Below are positions 9,709 to 19,947 of a DNA stretch of 64,000 nucleotides, one piece after another. The first letter of the stretch is position 1. The number at the start of each line of letters is the position of its first letter. This stretch comes from Candidatus Latescibacterota bacterium (GTDB taxonomy: Bacteria; Latescibacterota; UBA2968), in the NCBI GenBank assembly GCA_965205975.1, contig OZ242195.1, positions 2,528,001 to 2,592,000 on the forward strand, in the 5' to 3' direction. The position numbers and the translations under genes were made by a program. The notes beneath the pieces were generated by a model that saw nothing but the letters and a program-made list of their open reading frames with translations, made no database searches and was not told where the DNA came from.

Positions 9709-10506
9709 TTAACCAACACGCGCACTCAATCCTCCATCAACCGGAAGTAAAACACCCGTAATGTACTTCGCCTCATCCGAAGCGAGAAACACCGCAGCGG
9801 CAGCCACATCCCACGCCGACCCCATCTTTTGTTCAAGAGGCACCTGTGCAGCGCGCTCCTGGCGAAGCGCATCCCGGTTGACACCCTGATCTTGAACGCG
9901 AGATTCAATCGCCATAGGCGTATCCATCAGACCGGGCAAAATCGCATTCACGCGCACGCCATAAGGCGCGTTTTCAAGCGCGAGATTCTGCGTAAGCGCA
10001 TTGATCCCCGCCTTGGCGATTTTGTACGCAAGCGTCCTGGGGCGAAAGCACACAGCCGCCGTGGAAGAAATATTGACGATAACACCACTTCCTTGCGCGC
10101 GCATAATGGGAAGCACATATTTACAGGTCAGAAACAACCCCTTGAGATTGATATCCATAAGTCGCTGCCAGTCTTCACCACTCAGATCAACAGAACCACC
10201 GTCTCCCCTCAGCGTGCCGACATTATTGTGCAAAACATCGATACGCCCATAGCGCTGGCCACAAGTCTCGGCAATAGCCCGACAATCATGTTCAATTGTA
10301 ATATCTGCGCCGAGCACCGACGCGCTCCCATTCTCCTGTGCAATCATCCGCGCAGTCTCTTCGGCAGACGCGACATCCTTATCCACCAGAAGCACCTGCG
10401 CGCCCGCTCTGGCAAAGCGAATGGCCGTCGCCCGCCCATTCCCAATAGTCTCACCCGCTGACTGCCCTGCGCCAACAACAATCGCTATTTTATTTTTAAG
10501 CTGCAT
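9709..10506 (-). CDS. short-chain dehydrogenase/reductase
   Basis: G...G.G, NNVG, S...YKIAK, PG and VDGG motifs. Confidence 0.92.
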   Translation of the reverse strand: MQLKNKIAIVVGAGQSAGETIGNGRATAIRFARAGAQVLLVDKDVASAEETARMIAQENGSASVLGADITIEHDCRAIAETCGQRYGRIDVLHNNVGTLRGDGGSVDLSGEDWQRLMDINLKGLFLTCKYVLPIMRAQGSGVIVNISSTAAVCFRPRTLAYKIAKAGINALTQNLALENAPYGVRVNAILPGLMDTPMAIESRVQDQGVNRDALRQERAAQVPLEQKMGSAWDVAAAAVFLASDEAKYITGVLLPVDGGLSARVG

Positions 10507-10512
10507 ATACCC

Positions 10513-11739
10513 TTACTCTCCCGCACACGCATGCACAATATCCGATTGCATATTGACAAACGTATTCCCCTCAATCACCGTTCCGCGCGCTTCGCGCTCA
10601 ATCGCAATCCCCACCTTCTGCTTCTCTCCCCCCGAATCCTCAATCCGATTATCTCGAATCTCCACATCGTACGTCGTACCGCGAATCTCAATCCCATACC
10701 CATTCTCGGCAAAACCATTATCGCGGATCACACACGAATGAATCTCATTTCTGTGCGCCCCTCGAAACTCGGATAAAGGCGTCCGAAACAAAATGCCCAC
10801 CTTGTGATTACCCGCAATCTCGCAATTGACAATCCGGTTATCCGTATCTCTGTGCCCAATTGAAATGCCAAAATCCCGATTGTCCAAACACGCGCAATTC
10901 TCGGCGATGCCATCCGACACACCCCAGCAAAAGAAAATACCCTGACTATTGCCCGTTGACCGGCAATTGAGAAACTGCGGCCTTTGCGATCCACTACCCG
11001 GATGAAAACCCAGATTGGCATTGTTCTCCGACACACAATTTTCAAAAACAAAATCATCGCAAACCTGAAAACTGAACCCATCGCCATTGTAATTGCGCGC
11101 CGTCACATTCCGAAAAGCATAGCGGTGACAGCGCTGCAAAAACACCGCACCCGAATAATTCCCATTGATCTCTTCATTCTCCTCCATATTGCCATCCAGA
11201 ACGATATTCTCAATCGCGACATCGCAAACCCCTTCTTCCGCCGTCAAAATGGGGAAAATCGCCGCCAGCGTCGCCCGTTCATCCAGCCACATATTTTTGT
11301 ACACGCGCTTGCTAAGCGAAATTACCCGTCCCTCAATCGCCGTCACAGTATCTTTCACCACCGTCATCCCGGACTTGCCATAAGACCGCAACATCACCCC
11401 GCATCCCACGCCAAACCCCTGTGCATCTTCCACCTCGACCCGCGCCTCATACCAATCGGAATCCCGCACCAGAAGCGTCACAACCCCCGCAGCCTTCCTC
11501 AACACCGTCGCACTACCCGACCCACGCACAGTCAAATTTGGATGCAGATAAAGCGCGTTCCGCATCGTATATACCCCCGGCAAAATCTGCAAAACACCGC
11601 CACCCAGGCGGTGCAAATAATCCGCACCAGCCTGCAAAACCCGATCATCGCCCCCCTGCAAATCCCCCTCGCCCTGCCCCACCGTCAACACCATCTCCCG
11701 CCGCTCTGTCATAGGCCGATTAGCAGAAAAATTCGACAT
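10513..11739 (-). CDS. right-handed parallel beta-helix protein (pectin lyase-like fold)
   Basis: GGG.L.I.PG.Y motif and repeated N...N...GI beta-helix turns; GAGGAG SD before ATG 11739. Confidence 0.8.
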   Translation of the reverse strand: MSNFSANRPMTERREMVLTVGQGEGDLQGGDDRVLQAGADYLHRLGGGVLQILPGVYTMRNALYLHPNLTVRGSGSATVLRKAAGVVTLLVRDSDWYEARVEVEDAQGFGVGCGVMLRSYGKSGMTVVKDTVTAIEGRVISLSKRVYKNMWLDERATLAAIFPILTAEEGVCDVAIENIVLDGNMEENEEINGNYSGAVFLQRCHRYAFRNVTARNYNGDGFSFQVCDDFVFENCVSENNANLGFHPGSGSQRPQFLNCRSTGNSQGIFFCWGVSDGIAENCACLDNRDFGISIGHRDTDNRIVNCEIAGNHKVGILFRTPLSEFRGAHRNEIHSCVIRDNGFAENGYGIEIRGTTYDVEIRDNRIEDSGGEKQKVGIAIEREARGTVIEGNTFVNMQSDIVHACAGE

Positions 11740-11841
11740 ATCAATGCTCCTCAAATTCATAATTGATGTTACGCAGGTCTGGGGTTTCAGGAAATTTAGG
11801 GTAAGTGCTCTCCGCGATGGATGGCATCCAGTCCGGGAGCT

Positions 11842-14362
11842 TTAACGGGTCGGCTGATAGTTTGTCAAGTTGCCCGCAGGTATGCCCCCATAATCCTCCA
11901 CCCGTTTGTTATCCCGGTCGCTCTCGTGATGCGGAGGCGTGTACGTTAGCATCACATCTTGAGCCGTGAAGGTCGTCCCTGCCTGACCCGTCCAACCCAG
12001 GTCTATTGTCACCGTATTCCCGTCATTGGCGAGGTAATTTTCTCTTTGAGGACGGACGCCTTCGATGATTATTGCCTCCTGCACACCCTGTATCGAGACC
12101 GCGTAGGCGTCAGAGGGAACCTCTGTGACCGGATTCAGTTTCTCGTTGTAGATCAACTTTAGTTCGCCGGTATAAGAGCCTGGGCTTATCTCCTCTGTTT
12201 CCAGCGTCATTCCTATCAGCGTTGGTGGTGTTCGGTCTGCTGGCAGAAAATCTGGCAGTGGCGTGTTGCGAACCGTTTCCCATTCCGTTCGAAGGGCTTT
12301 GAGCCAATCCGGGATGGTGCCATGCCTCAGTTCGAGTTGTGCGTCGAAAAGCGATTCTGGCTCAACCGCGCTGCCCTGGGATTCGTTAAGCTGGACAGTG
12401 TTTTCATTAAAGGTGGCCATATTGCCGTGAAACCCGACGATGATGGGCTTTATCACAACGCGGCCCTGTTGATCAGGACCCCGATTCCAAAAATCGTAAT
12501 GTTGCGACGCTGGTCCCTGATGAAAATTCCAGGCCACAAAATGTCCGAGGTGATGAGGGCAATTCCGTGAGCAGACACCGCTGCTGCCACTCAGGTTGCC
12601 TCCATTGGCGCGGTCAAACAGAGTAGCAATAGGTTCTCCACTTCTTTGAGCGTGAAAATCAAGTGACGCGGGATAATCGTAACGATAATACACGTTTCCC
12701 GAGCGTGGACCCTGTATATTGGGACCGTGTTGATGTCCTGCGAGGTCTTCTGAAAGACCGATCCACGAGTGGTCCGTGTTCCCCAAAAAAGCAAAATGAC
12801 CCTTATTTCCCGCCAGTGTGACGTGATAAACCGACATGGCTGACCCATTAATACCCAGTGCGATACTGGTGTTGATAAACGAGACGCGCCGAACCCAGGA
12901 ATTGACACAGCCACTGAATTGAAGCAAATACCAGCTATAATCGTGAATATAATTCTTATGATGGACAAAATCACCTGTCCACGATCCATGAAAACTGATG
13001 TCTTCAACGCCAACTTCCTCAAGGAACCGGTATTCGTGTACCTCCCAACCATAGCTGCTGTTGACATTGGCGTGCAGGGGCTCATGAAAGCGCATCCGGT
13101 TGTTTTGGATTTCAGCAATGCGGTGCGTTTCATCCACGATAACCCCCCTTTTCCTAATTTCCCAATCGGGACTTGGTGTGAACCCGCCCATAAAATCAGA
13201 GATTGCCGCCTTGCTTTCCATCTTCAGCGTAACCCACTCACCCACATTGAATAGGGAAGCATCTGCGACTGTGACCCAAAAGGTTTCGCGGGTAGCATCT
13301 TCTGTAACAGAGGTGCTTTTTCTCGGGTTGCCCCTATACCTGAACCGAAACATGGCAGGCCAACCCCCACCAGAACTCAAGAATTTTTTGTACATGCTGT
13401 TCACTTGCCGGATGACTGTGCCTCCGGTTCGGCTGCCGCTTCCTCTGAGGACGATATTACTGCTGCGAATCGCAATGGTTGTGAACTCACCCGCTTCGGT
13501 TGTATCGGCATCGGTATTGACGAGAAATTCACCTGGTGGAAAGAAGATAATGCCGCTACCGCTGGCCTCTGCTGCAGCAATAGCAGCCATAATGGCGACC
13601 TGGTCAGACTGATCATCATCGGGGATGGCACCATACGATGTGACATCGTATATGGTATGTGTGACATCGGGAACAGGCTTGCTGAAGTGGTGATAGCCCG
13701 CGTAGGAAAAATCGGGTAGGATAGGTTCGGTACCATTCTCTTTGGCCTCCACAAATTGGCGATAGGTAATCGAGGTCTGTGGGGAACGGACACTGATCCT
13801 CACCGCGATGCTGTCGGTGCCTCCATGATCATCGCGTACGTTCACCGTCACCGAGTAAACGCGCCTGATTTCGTAATCGTAAGAGACCCCTTCCCGTGTC
13901 AGAAGTTGACCGTTGTCTGGGACAATTGTGAATGCACTCGCATCCGGCCTCGCTCAGGCTGTATGTGAGGATATCGTCATCGGCATCGGTGGCAGAAATA
14001 GGTTTACCGATAGGCGTGTCTGCCGAGGTGTTCTCATCCACTGAGCGTATAACAGGAGACGCGAAGGAGAATACCGGCACCTGATTTACCGCTTTGCCAA
14101 AGCTACTGGCAAGGATCAGAAAATCGTCAAATCCAATCGCGCCATCGCCAGTTAGGTCGTATCTTGCCTCATACTTCTCTTGACCCTCCTGAGATCCAAA
14201 CGCCCCTACAAACAGCAAAAAGTCGGGAAAATCGACAATCCCACTCCCGTCAAAGTCGGGGGAAGGTTCCGCAGCGAGAGATAAGGGATGACTCAACAGA
14301 GCGATGAGTATAATTGCAAAACTCAAGGCATATGTTGATCGCACGCAAAGCAGCCTGGACAT
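11842..14362 (-). pseudogene. frameshifted secreted protein: EF-hand/dockerin-like + cadherin + DUF4955/pectate-lyase-like + SwmB-like domain
   Basis: ORFs 13829-14392 and 11842-13851 join if the base at 13950 is removed (LTYSLSGPDASAFTIV...YDYE); DFDGSGIVDFPDF EF-hand; YGAIPDD and GSG.IFFPPG lyase motifs. Confidence 0.75.
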
Positions 14363-14412
14363 GTTGAACTTTCCACAAAAGGCAGTCGTCAATCTTTTGA
14401 CGGCGTAAACCT

Positions 14413-15099
14413 TTACACCTGAGCACTGACCTTGTGCACCTTCAAATTCGCATATTCGCCAATCAAAGGCGCCATCTGTCGAAAACCGATCTTGCCACCG
14501 CCCAGCAAAGGCCCATACGTCTGACCATCATCAACCCAGTGAAAAATTTTTAAATCGCGAATATAAAAAACAACCTCTGCACCGCATTTGATCAGCGTAA
14601 TCGAATAGGGCGGTCTGGCATCGACAACAGAAGGCAGGGGATCCGCCCCCTGACAGACCATGTGAAAACCATAACTCTTGCGCAAATTGCAAACCTGAAA
14701 AGCGCGTTCTTTGAGTGCCTTTCGCCGAAAATAAGACACGTGCAACGCATTGATATCGCTGCTGTGATACTGCTTGTATTCTCCAGCCCTCGGCGCCAAT
14801 GACGAATCAAATATATCTTCACCGCCTCGCCCCAAAGCAGAAAAAAACAGAATGCACAATCCCGGCTCGCGCACCGGCCAAAAATCCCATGTCACGGCAA
14901 TATCCGCTGGAAAATCTTCAGGACACCAGAAAACAAAATTTGCCGCCTGCCCTTCCCCGGGATCGCGGCGATTCTCCATTCGCATGCGACCATTCGGGAA
15001 AGTTATTGCAGCATCCCCCTCCAACCGAAACCCTTCAATATCTGACGCTGAAGACAGCGGATTATCGTAAAGCAATTCACCAAATTTAAAATCATCCAT
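14413..15099 (-). CDS. YesU/DUF1961 family protein (in-frame Tat-like extension upstream to 15243)
   Basis: V.WCP..FP, NA.H.SYFRR, NLRKS.GF and GG.IGFRQM motifs; own SD GGAGAGG before ATG 15099. Confidence 0.8.
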   Translation of the reverse strand: MDDFKFGELLYDNPLSSASDIEGFRLEGDAAITFPNGRMRMENRRDPGEGQAANFVFWCPEDFPADIAVTWDFWPVREPGLCILFFSALGRGGEDIFDSSLAPRAGEYKQYHSSDINALHVSYFRRKALKERAFQVCNLRKSYGFHMVCQGADPLPSVVDARPPYSITLIKCGAEVVFYIRDLKIFHWVDDGQTYGPLLGGGKIGFRQMAPLIGEYANLKVHKVSAQV

Positions 15100-15260
15100 A
15101 ACACCTCTCCTGATGCGCTGACGTACCGGGTCTTTCGCCGCATGAACAGCCTGTCTCAAAAACAGCGGCGCACTGCCAAAAGATACTGAAAACAACGCCA
15201 TCTTGCTGCATTTTATGAACGCCCTGCGAGTCCATTCCATCATCTTAGTCTCCCTCCCTA

Positions 15261-15296
15261 AAAAACAAAAAGCTCTGACAAAACACCAGAGCTTTT
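15261..15296 (-). terminator. intrinsic terminator
   Basis: AAAAGCTCTG/CAGAGCTTTT stem followed by a T-rich tract on the minus strand. Confidence 0.75.
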
Positions 15297-15336
15297 CTGT
15301 TCCAGCGGCATCAACCCCGGTTTCAGCATATCCATA

Positions 15337-17634
15337 TCAGGGACGTTCGATACCCAATCTTTTCATTCGGCTGTACAGGGTAGAAGACGGCAATTCCAGC
15401 CGCGCCGCCGCGCCTTTTGTTCCCTTTACCTTCCAATTGGTGATTTCGAGCACTTCGAGAATATAGAGACGTTCAAATTCTTCCATAGATACGATTTCGC
15501 GGTCTTGAGAATCCGATAAGGAGGTCCACACCAGGTCGAGAGTAGCACTTTTGATTCGCGAACGGTACGACCCGAGGTCCTCCAATTCGATCCGAGTCCC
15601 CTGGCACACGGTTACGGCTCGCTGTATGGTATGCTCCAGTTCTCGCACATTCCCAGGCCAATCATAGGCTCGCAACTCCTCGATAACCTCTGTCGTCAAG
15701 GGAGCTATATCCTTGCCTATATGCGCCGCCATGCGATCCTTGAAAAACTCCGTTAGGTGTGGTATATCCTCTTTGCGATCGCGTAGAGGCGGTAAATAAA
15801 GCGGAAAAACATAGATGCGATAATAGAGGTCCTCGCGAAAAGCTCCTGTATTGACCATCTCCTCGATATTGCGATTCGTCGATACCAAAATGCGCGTCTG
15901 TCCCTTCAGTATCTCGCTACCCCCAACGCGCTCAAACGTACCTTCTTCCAGCAAGCGCAATAGTTTGGCCTGCGTTTCCAGAGTCATATCGCCGATCTCG
16001 TCCAAAAAGAGCGTGCCATCTTTGGCCAGTTCCACCTTGCCCAGCCTGCGAGAAACAGCACTGGCAAAAGCCCCATTCTCGTGACCAAACAGTTCACTAT
16101 CGATCAATGTCTGGGACAGGGCACCGCAGTTGACCTGAATAAAAGGACCACCATTATGGGCACTCTGTTCGTGTAATACCCGCGCAGCCAATCCCTTACC
16201 CACACCCGTCTCACCCAAGGTGTGGAAGGTGCTACCATCAAAGCGACTGAGACCGCTTTGGGTAGCAATCCATACGTTCCCATGCAGGTCTTCCAGCAGG
16301 TCCTCGACTTTGTCATCTATCAGCCCATCTTCAATCCCATAAAATTTAAGCCCATCTTCGGAATGCCAGCGCGCAAAACCCTTATCTTTGTCGAAAAAAT
16401 TTGGGTAATGAATAAAAAAATAAAACTCGCCATTACGCCCGGCAATCACCGTGCCGATGCGGCCGAAAGGATCTCTCTGTACATTATCCTCAAGAATAGT
16501 TTGTAACTGATCGTCTCGCTGGTAAAAGAGCCTCAATGGGCTACCCCAAAAGTCTCTTTTTCTTGTTATTTTTTCTTTTCCCCAATCGCCAAAAAGAAAT
16601 CTCCCTTGCGAATCCTGGGCAAGTGCACAAATACCTCTTTCGCCTAAACCCGCAATTGTTTGCATTTTTTTGAGCTTATTTCCATCATAGCGGAACAAGC
16701 CATTGCCACCTCCAAACCACAGGTCACCAGCGGAGTCCGCGTAGATGGCGAAACAGTTGTTGATATCAAAACCATCCTCAGTGCCTACGAATTCAAAGTG
16801 CTCGCCATCAAAGCGAAAAACGCTTTTCTCCACACGGTTGAGAAAGGGAGCTATATACCCGATCCATATATCTCCTCGCCTGTCTTGCACGATCTGTGAG
16901 ATCTCAATCATATTGTTGTTTTCAAAAACTGCCGCACTGAGATCAAAAACACTGATACTATGTGCATCGTAAAGCCCGACGCCCCCCCAGGTAGCAAACC
17001 AGAACTGATGCTCGCGGTCCTGGAACACAGCTTTGACTGCGGGATGGGGCAAGCCATCGGCAACGGTAAACCTGCTAAACCCATCTCCATCCTGATAGAA
17101 CACCCCATCTGAAGTGCAAAACCACATCTGACCTTGTGGATCCTGAGCAATACCCCGACACTGACTGGGCCAGAGAGGAGAAGGCGGCTCCTGATAATGC
17201 TGAAGGTATATCGGAATTAAATCGCGGAACACAGTGCCGTCGTAATACCCCAGAGTCCTGTGACCGCCACACCATATACGCCCCTCACTGTCTTCGTAAA
17301 TGAACTGCACAGCACGCCCTGCGATCCCATCGTCCTCCAAATGGTGGAAATCTGCTCCGTCATACCAGCAGACCCCATTTAGTGTACCAAACCACAATCG
17401 CTTCTGACTGTCCTCTGAAACAAAATAAACGCGGTCGCTAATCAGACCATCCTGTCGCGTAAAATTCTGAAACTCGTCCCCGTCGAAGCGACTAACACCG
17501 TTGTCCCAGGTGGCGAACCAGAGATAGCCTATGCTATCCTCCGCAATGTGTTCAATGCGCATCCCAGCCAGACCATTTACCATAGAATAAGTTTGCCAGG
17601 TACCCGTGCGGTCAAGTGTCTTGATCATCGTCAT
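15337..17634 (-). CDS. two-component-type beta-propeller repeats fused to a sigma54-activator AAA+ domain and Fis HTH (probably internally deleted)
   Basis: repeated ED..G.LWF.T..G...FDG units; GETGVGK, LFLDEIG, FREDLYYR, WPGNVREL; GAARL.L..STL..RMK.LGI. Confidence 0.85.
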   Translation of the reverse strand: MTMIKTLDRTGTWQTYSMVNGLAGMRIEHIAEDSIGYLWFATWDNGVSRFDGDEFQNFTRQDGLISDRVYFVSEDSQKRLWFGTLNGVCWYDGADFHHLEDDGIAGRAVQFIYEDSEGRIWCGGHRTLGYYDGTVFRDLIPIYLQHYQEPPSPLWPSQCRGIAQDPQGQMWFCTSDGVFYQDGDGFSRFTVADGLPHPAVKAVFQDREHQFWFATWGGVGLYDAHSISVFDLSAAVFENNNMIEISQIVQDRRGDIWIGYIAPFLNRVEKSVFRFDGEHFEFVGTEDGFDINNCFAIYADSAGDLWFGGGNGLFRYDGNKLKKMQTIAGLGERGICALAQDSQGRFLFGDWGKEKITRKRDFWGSPLRLFYQRDDQLQTILEDNVQRDPFGRIGTVIAGRNGEFYFFIHYPNFFDKDKGFARWHSEDGLKFYGIEDGLIDDKVEDLLEDLHGNVWIATQSGLSRFDGSTFHTLGETGVGKGLAARVLHEQSAHNGGPFIQVNCGALSQTLIDSELFGHENGAFASAVSRRLGKVELAKDGTLFLDEIGDMTLETQAKLLRLLEEGTFERVGGSEILKGQTRILVSTNRNIEEMVNTGAFREDLYYRIYVFPLYLPPLRDRKEDIPHLTEFFKDRMAAHIGKDIAPLTTEVIEELRAYDWPGNVRELEHTIQRAVTVCQGTRIELEDLGSYRSRIKSATLDLVWTSLSDSQDREIVSMEEFERLYILEVLEITNWKVKGTKGAAARLELPSSTLYSRMKRLGIERP

Positions 17635-18917
17635 ACCCCCTTTGCCACATCGGCAACCGCTTCAATCGTCGCATCGATCACATCATCTGTATGCGCTGTC
17701 GATAAAAACCACGCGCCTCGCTCCAACGCGCGCACGCCTTTGTAATGAAGTGCCTCTGTAAATTTGATATACCGCTCGCGACCTGCTTGAAGCGAACTCC
17801 GATAATCGACAACCGGAGCATCAACACCAAAGCCCACGTGAAAAATCTGTGGAAAACCCGCGACCCTGGCTTGAATACCGGCATTTCTTAGTGCGCGCGC
17901 AATACCTTCCATAAGCCGATTGCCCCGCGCATTGAGCGCGTCAAATGCCTCTTCTTTATTCAACTCGGTCAGCGTAGCGATCACCGCGGCCATGGAAGCG
18001 GGTTGCGCATTATAAGTGCCTCCGTGCATCACACCCGCGACGAGCATATCCATCAAATCGCCTCGCCCTGCCAAACACGAAACCGGAAACCCATTGGCTA
18101 TCGCCTTGCCAAACGTCGCCAGATCGGGCGTCACTCCAAAGTATTGCTGCGCACCGCCAGGTGCCACGCGAAACCCCGTAATCACCTCATCAAAAATGAG
18201 CACTGTTCCCGTATCGGTACACACCTCCCGAATGCCTTCCAAATAGCCCTCAGCGGGAAAAATTGTGCTGGTATTGCACATCGCAGGCTCCATAATAATA
18301 GCAGCGACATCCCCGCGTTTCAGGCGCGCACTCAGAAGCTCCAGATTATTCCAGGGAAGCACCTCAGTATGCCGACCAGCCAACAGGTCTTGCCCTGCAC
18401 TCGCGGGAATGGGGACGGGCACATCAACCGGGCCATACTGATCGGGCGAGGGCGCGACAGACCACAGCACATTGTCAAACCAGCCGTGATAATGCCCCTC
18501 AAATTTGATCACTATTGACCGCCCTGTAGCCGCGCGTGCCAGACGCAAAGCAGCCTGCACCACTTCGCTACCCGTGCAGTTAAAGCGCACTCGATCCGCG
18601 CATGGCACCATATCGCAAACCAGTCTGGCTGCCTCTTGTTCTACTGCTGTTTGTCCGGCAAAAAGAATACCCGACTCGAGCTGTTCTCGAACAGCAGACA
18701 GCACGGGTTCTGGATTGTGCCCCAAAACCATCGGTCCCATACCCAGATAATAATCGATCAAACGATTGCCATCCACATCGTAGAGATACGGCCCTTCGCC
18801 CCGTTCAAAAACCAGAGGCGTGGGAACCATCCCCAGTCGAAAATTGCTATTCACACCACCCGGCAAATAGCGCGAGGCTTCGGCAATCAAACGTCTGGAT
18901 TTTTCAAACCTTTTCAT
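17631..18917 (-). CDS. class III PLP aminotransferase (glutamate-1-semialdehyde aminomutase-like)
   Basis: PGGVNS, KFEG.YHG, LIFDEVITGFR, FGKA.ANGFP, GT.N motifs. Confidence 0.9.
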   Translation of the reverse strand: MKRFEKSRRLIAEASRYLPGGVNSNFRLGMVPTPLVFERGEGPYLYDVDGNRLIDYYLGMGPMVLGHNPEPVLSAVREQLESGILFAGQTAVEQEAARLVCDMVPCADRVRFNCTGSEVVQAALRLARAATGRSIVIKFEGHYHGWFDNVLWSVAPSPDQYGPVDVPVPIPASAGQDLLAGRHTEVLPWNNLELLSARLKRGDVAAIIMEPAMCNTSTIFPAEGYLEGIREVCTDTGTVLIFDEVITGFRVAPGGAQQYFGVTPDLATFGKAIANGFPVSCLAGRGDLMDMLVAGVMHGGTYNAQPASMAAVIATLTELNKEEAFDALNARGNRLMEGIARALRNAGIQARVAGFPQIFHVGFGVDAPVVDYRSSLQAGRERYIKFTEALHYKGVRALERGAWFLSTAHTDDVIDATIEAVADVAKGV

Positions 18918-18946
18918 GTAATCCCCGAACCTTTATAGTGATCAGC

Positions 18947-19945
18947 TTATCCTGTACAGCCCGGTCCGCTTTCATCCTGTTCATCCTTCAATCCTGAAAA
19001 TCCTGATCCGAGTTCCATAAATCGCACACGCGAGGAAACATCTTCGAGAAGTGCGCGGTTGGTGGCGATAAGATCGGCGACAATACCGGTGAGAAACATC
19101 TGAAATCCGGCGAGCAAGAGGATAGCGGCGAGGATAAGCGATTGAATGTGGAGTTCGCCTTCGTCGGTAAAAAAGAAAAAATAGAGAAATCGGATACCCA
19201 ATAAGAAGCCCATCAAAAAAGCAATCGCCCCACAAGCAGAAAAGATACGGAGTGCTTTGTAGCGCGCGTAAGTTCTTAGACTGATCAGGCCCGACTTAAA
19301 AACAAATACACCCGGATTTTTGAAAAGGCGCGATTCGCGCGTTTTGGGATTCGTGCGAATGGGCACAGTTTCAACAGCGAGACGGTCTTGACCTGCTTGC
19401 ACAACATGCTCGGCGGTGTGATCAAAATCCGTAAACATTGACAGACGCAGAACCGCTTCTCTTGAGAAAGCGCGAAAACCACTGGCGACATCGGGCACCT
19501 CAATATGGGCGAGACGACTGATGACGCGACTGCCCAAGCTCTGTAGCCATCGCTTAAAAAAAGAAAAGTGGCCGATACCACCTGTCTGCCGATCTCCAAT
19601 CACAATATGGGCGCGCTTTTCGAGAATGGGCTGAACAAGCGCGACAATATCGGGACCATAGTACTGATTATCGCCATCGGTATTGACAATAATATCGGCA
19701 CCGAGTTTGAGACAAGTGTCAAAACCCGCTTTGAAGGCATGCCCCAGACCGCGATTTTTGGGGAATCTGACAATATGATCCACGCCGAGATCACGCGCGA
19801 CCTCAGACGTGCGATCTGTAGAACCATCGTCAATGACCAGAATCTCGACTTTGTCAATACCGGGAACTTCGCGTGGAATATCGTTAACCGTAGCGGGCAG
19901 GGTTTCTTCTTCGTTGAGGCAGGGGATTTGGACAATCAGTTTCAT
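18947..19945 (-). CDS. GT2 glycosyltransferase (DPM1-like) with C-terminal TM helices
   Basis: IPC.NEE, DDGSTD, DGD, SGFRA motifs. Confidence 0.9.
   Translation of the reverse strand: MKLIVQIPCLNEEETLPATVNDIPREVPGIDKVEILVIDDGSTDRTSEVARDLGVDHIVRFPKNRGLGHAFKAGFDTCLKLGADIIVNTDGDNQYYGPDIVALVQPILEKRAHIVIGDRQTGGIGHFSFFKRWLQSLGSRVISRLAHIEVPDVASGFRAFSREAVLRLSMFTDFDHTAEHVVQAGQDRLAVETVPIRTNPKTRESRLFKNPGVFVFKSGLISLRTYARYKALRIFSACGAIAFLMGFLLGIRFLYFFFFTDEGELHIQSLILAAILLLAGFQMFLTGIVADLIATNRALLEDVSSRVRFMELGSGFSGLKDEQDESGPGCTG
18974..19007 (-). repeat. dispersed short repeat embedded in the GT2 3' end
   Basis: matches 51837-51898 at 31/34 nt once a 28-nt insert is removed. Confidence 0.65.
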
Positions 19946-19947
19946 TT

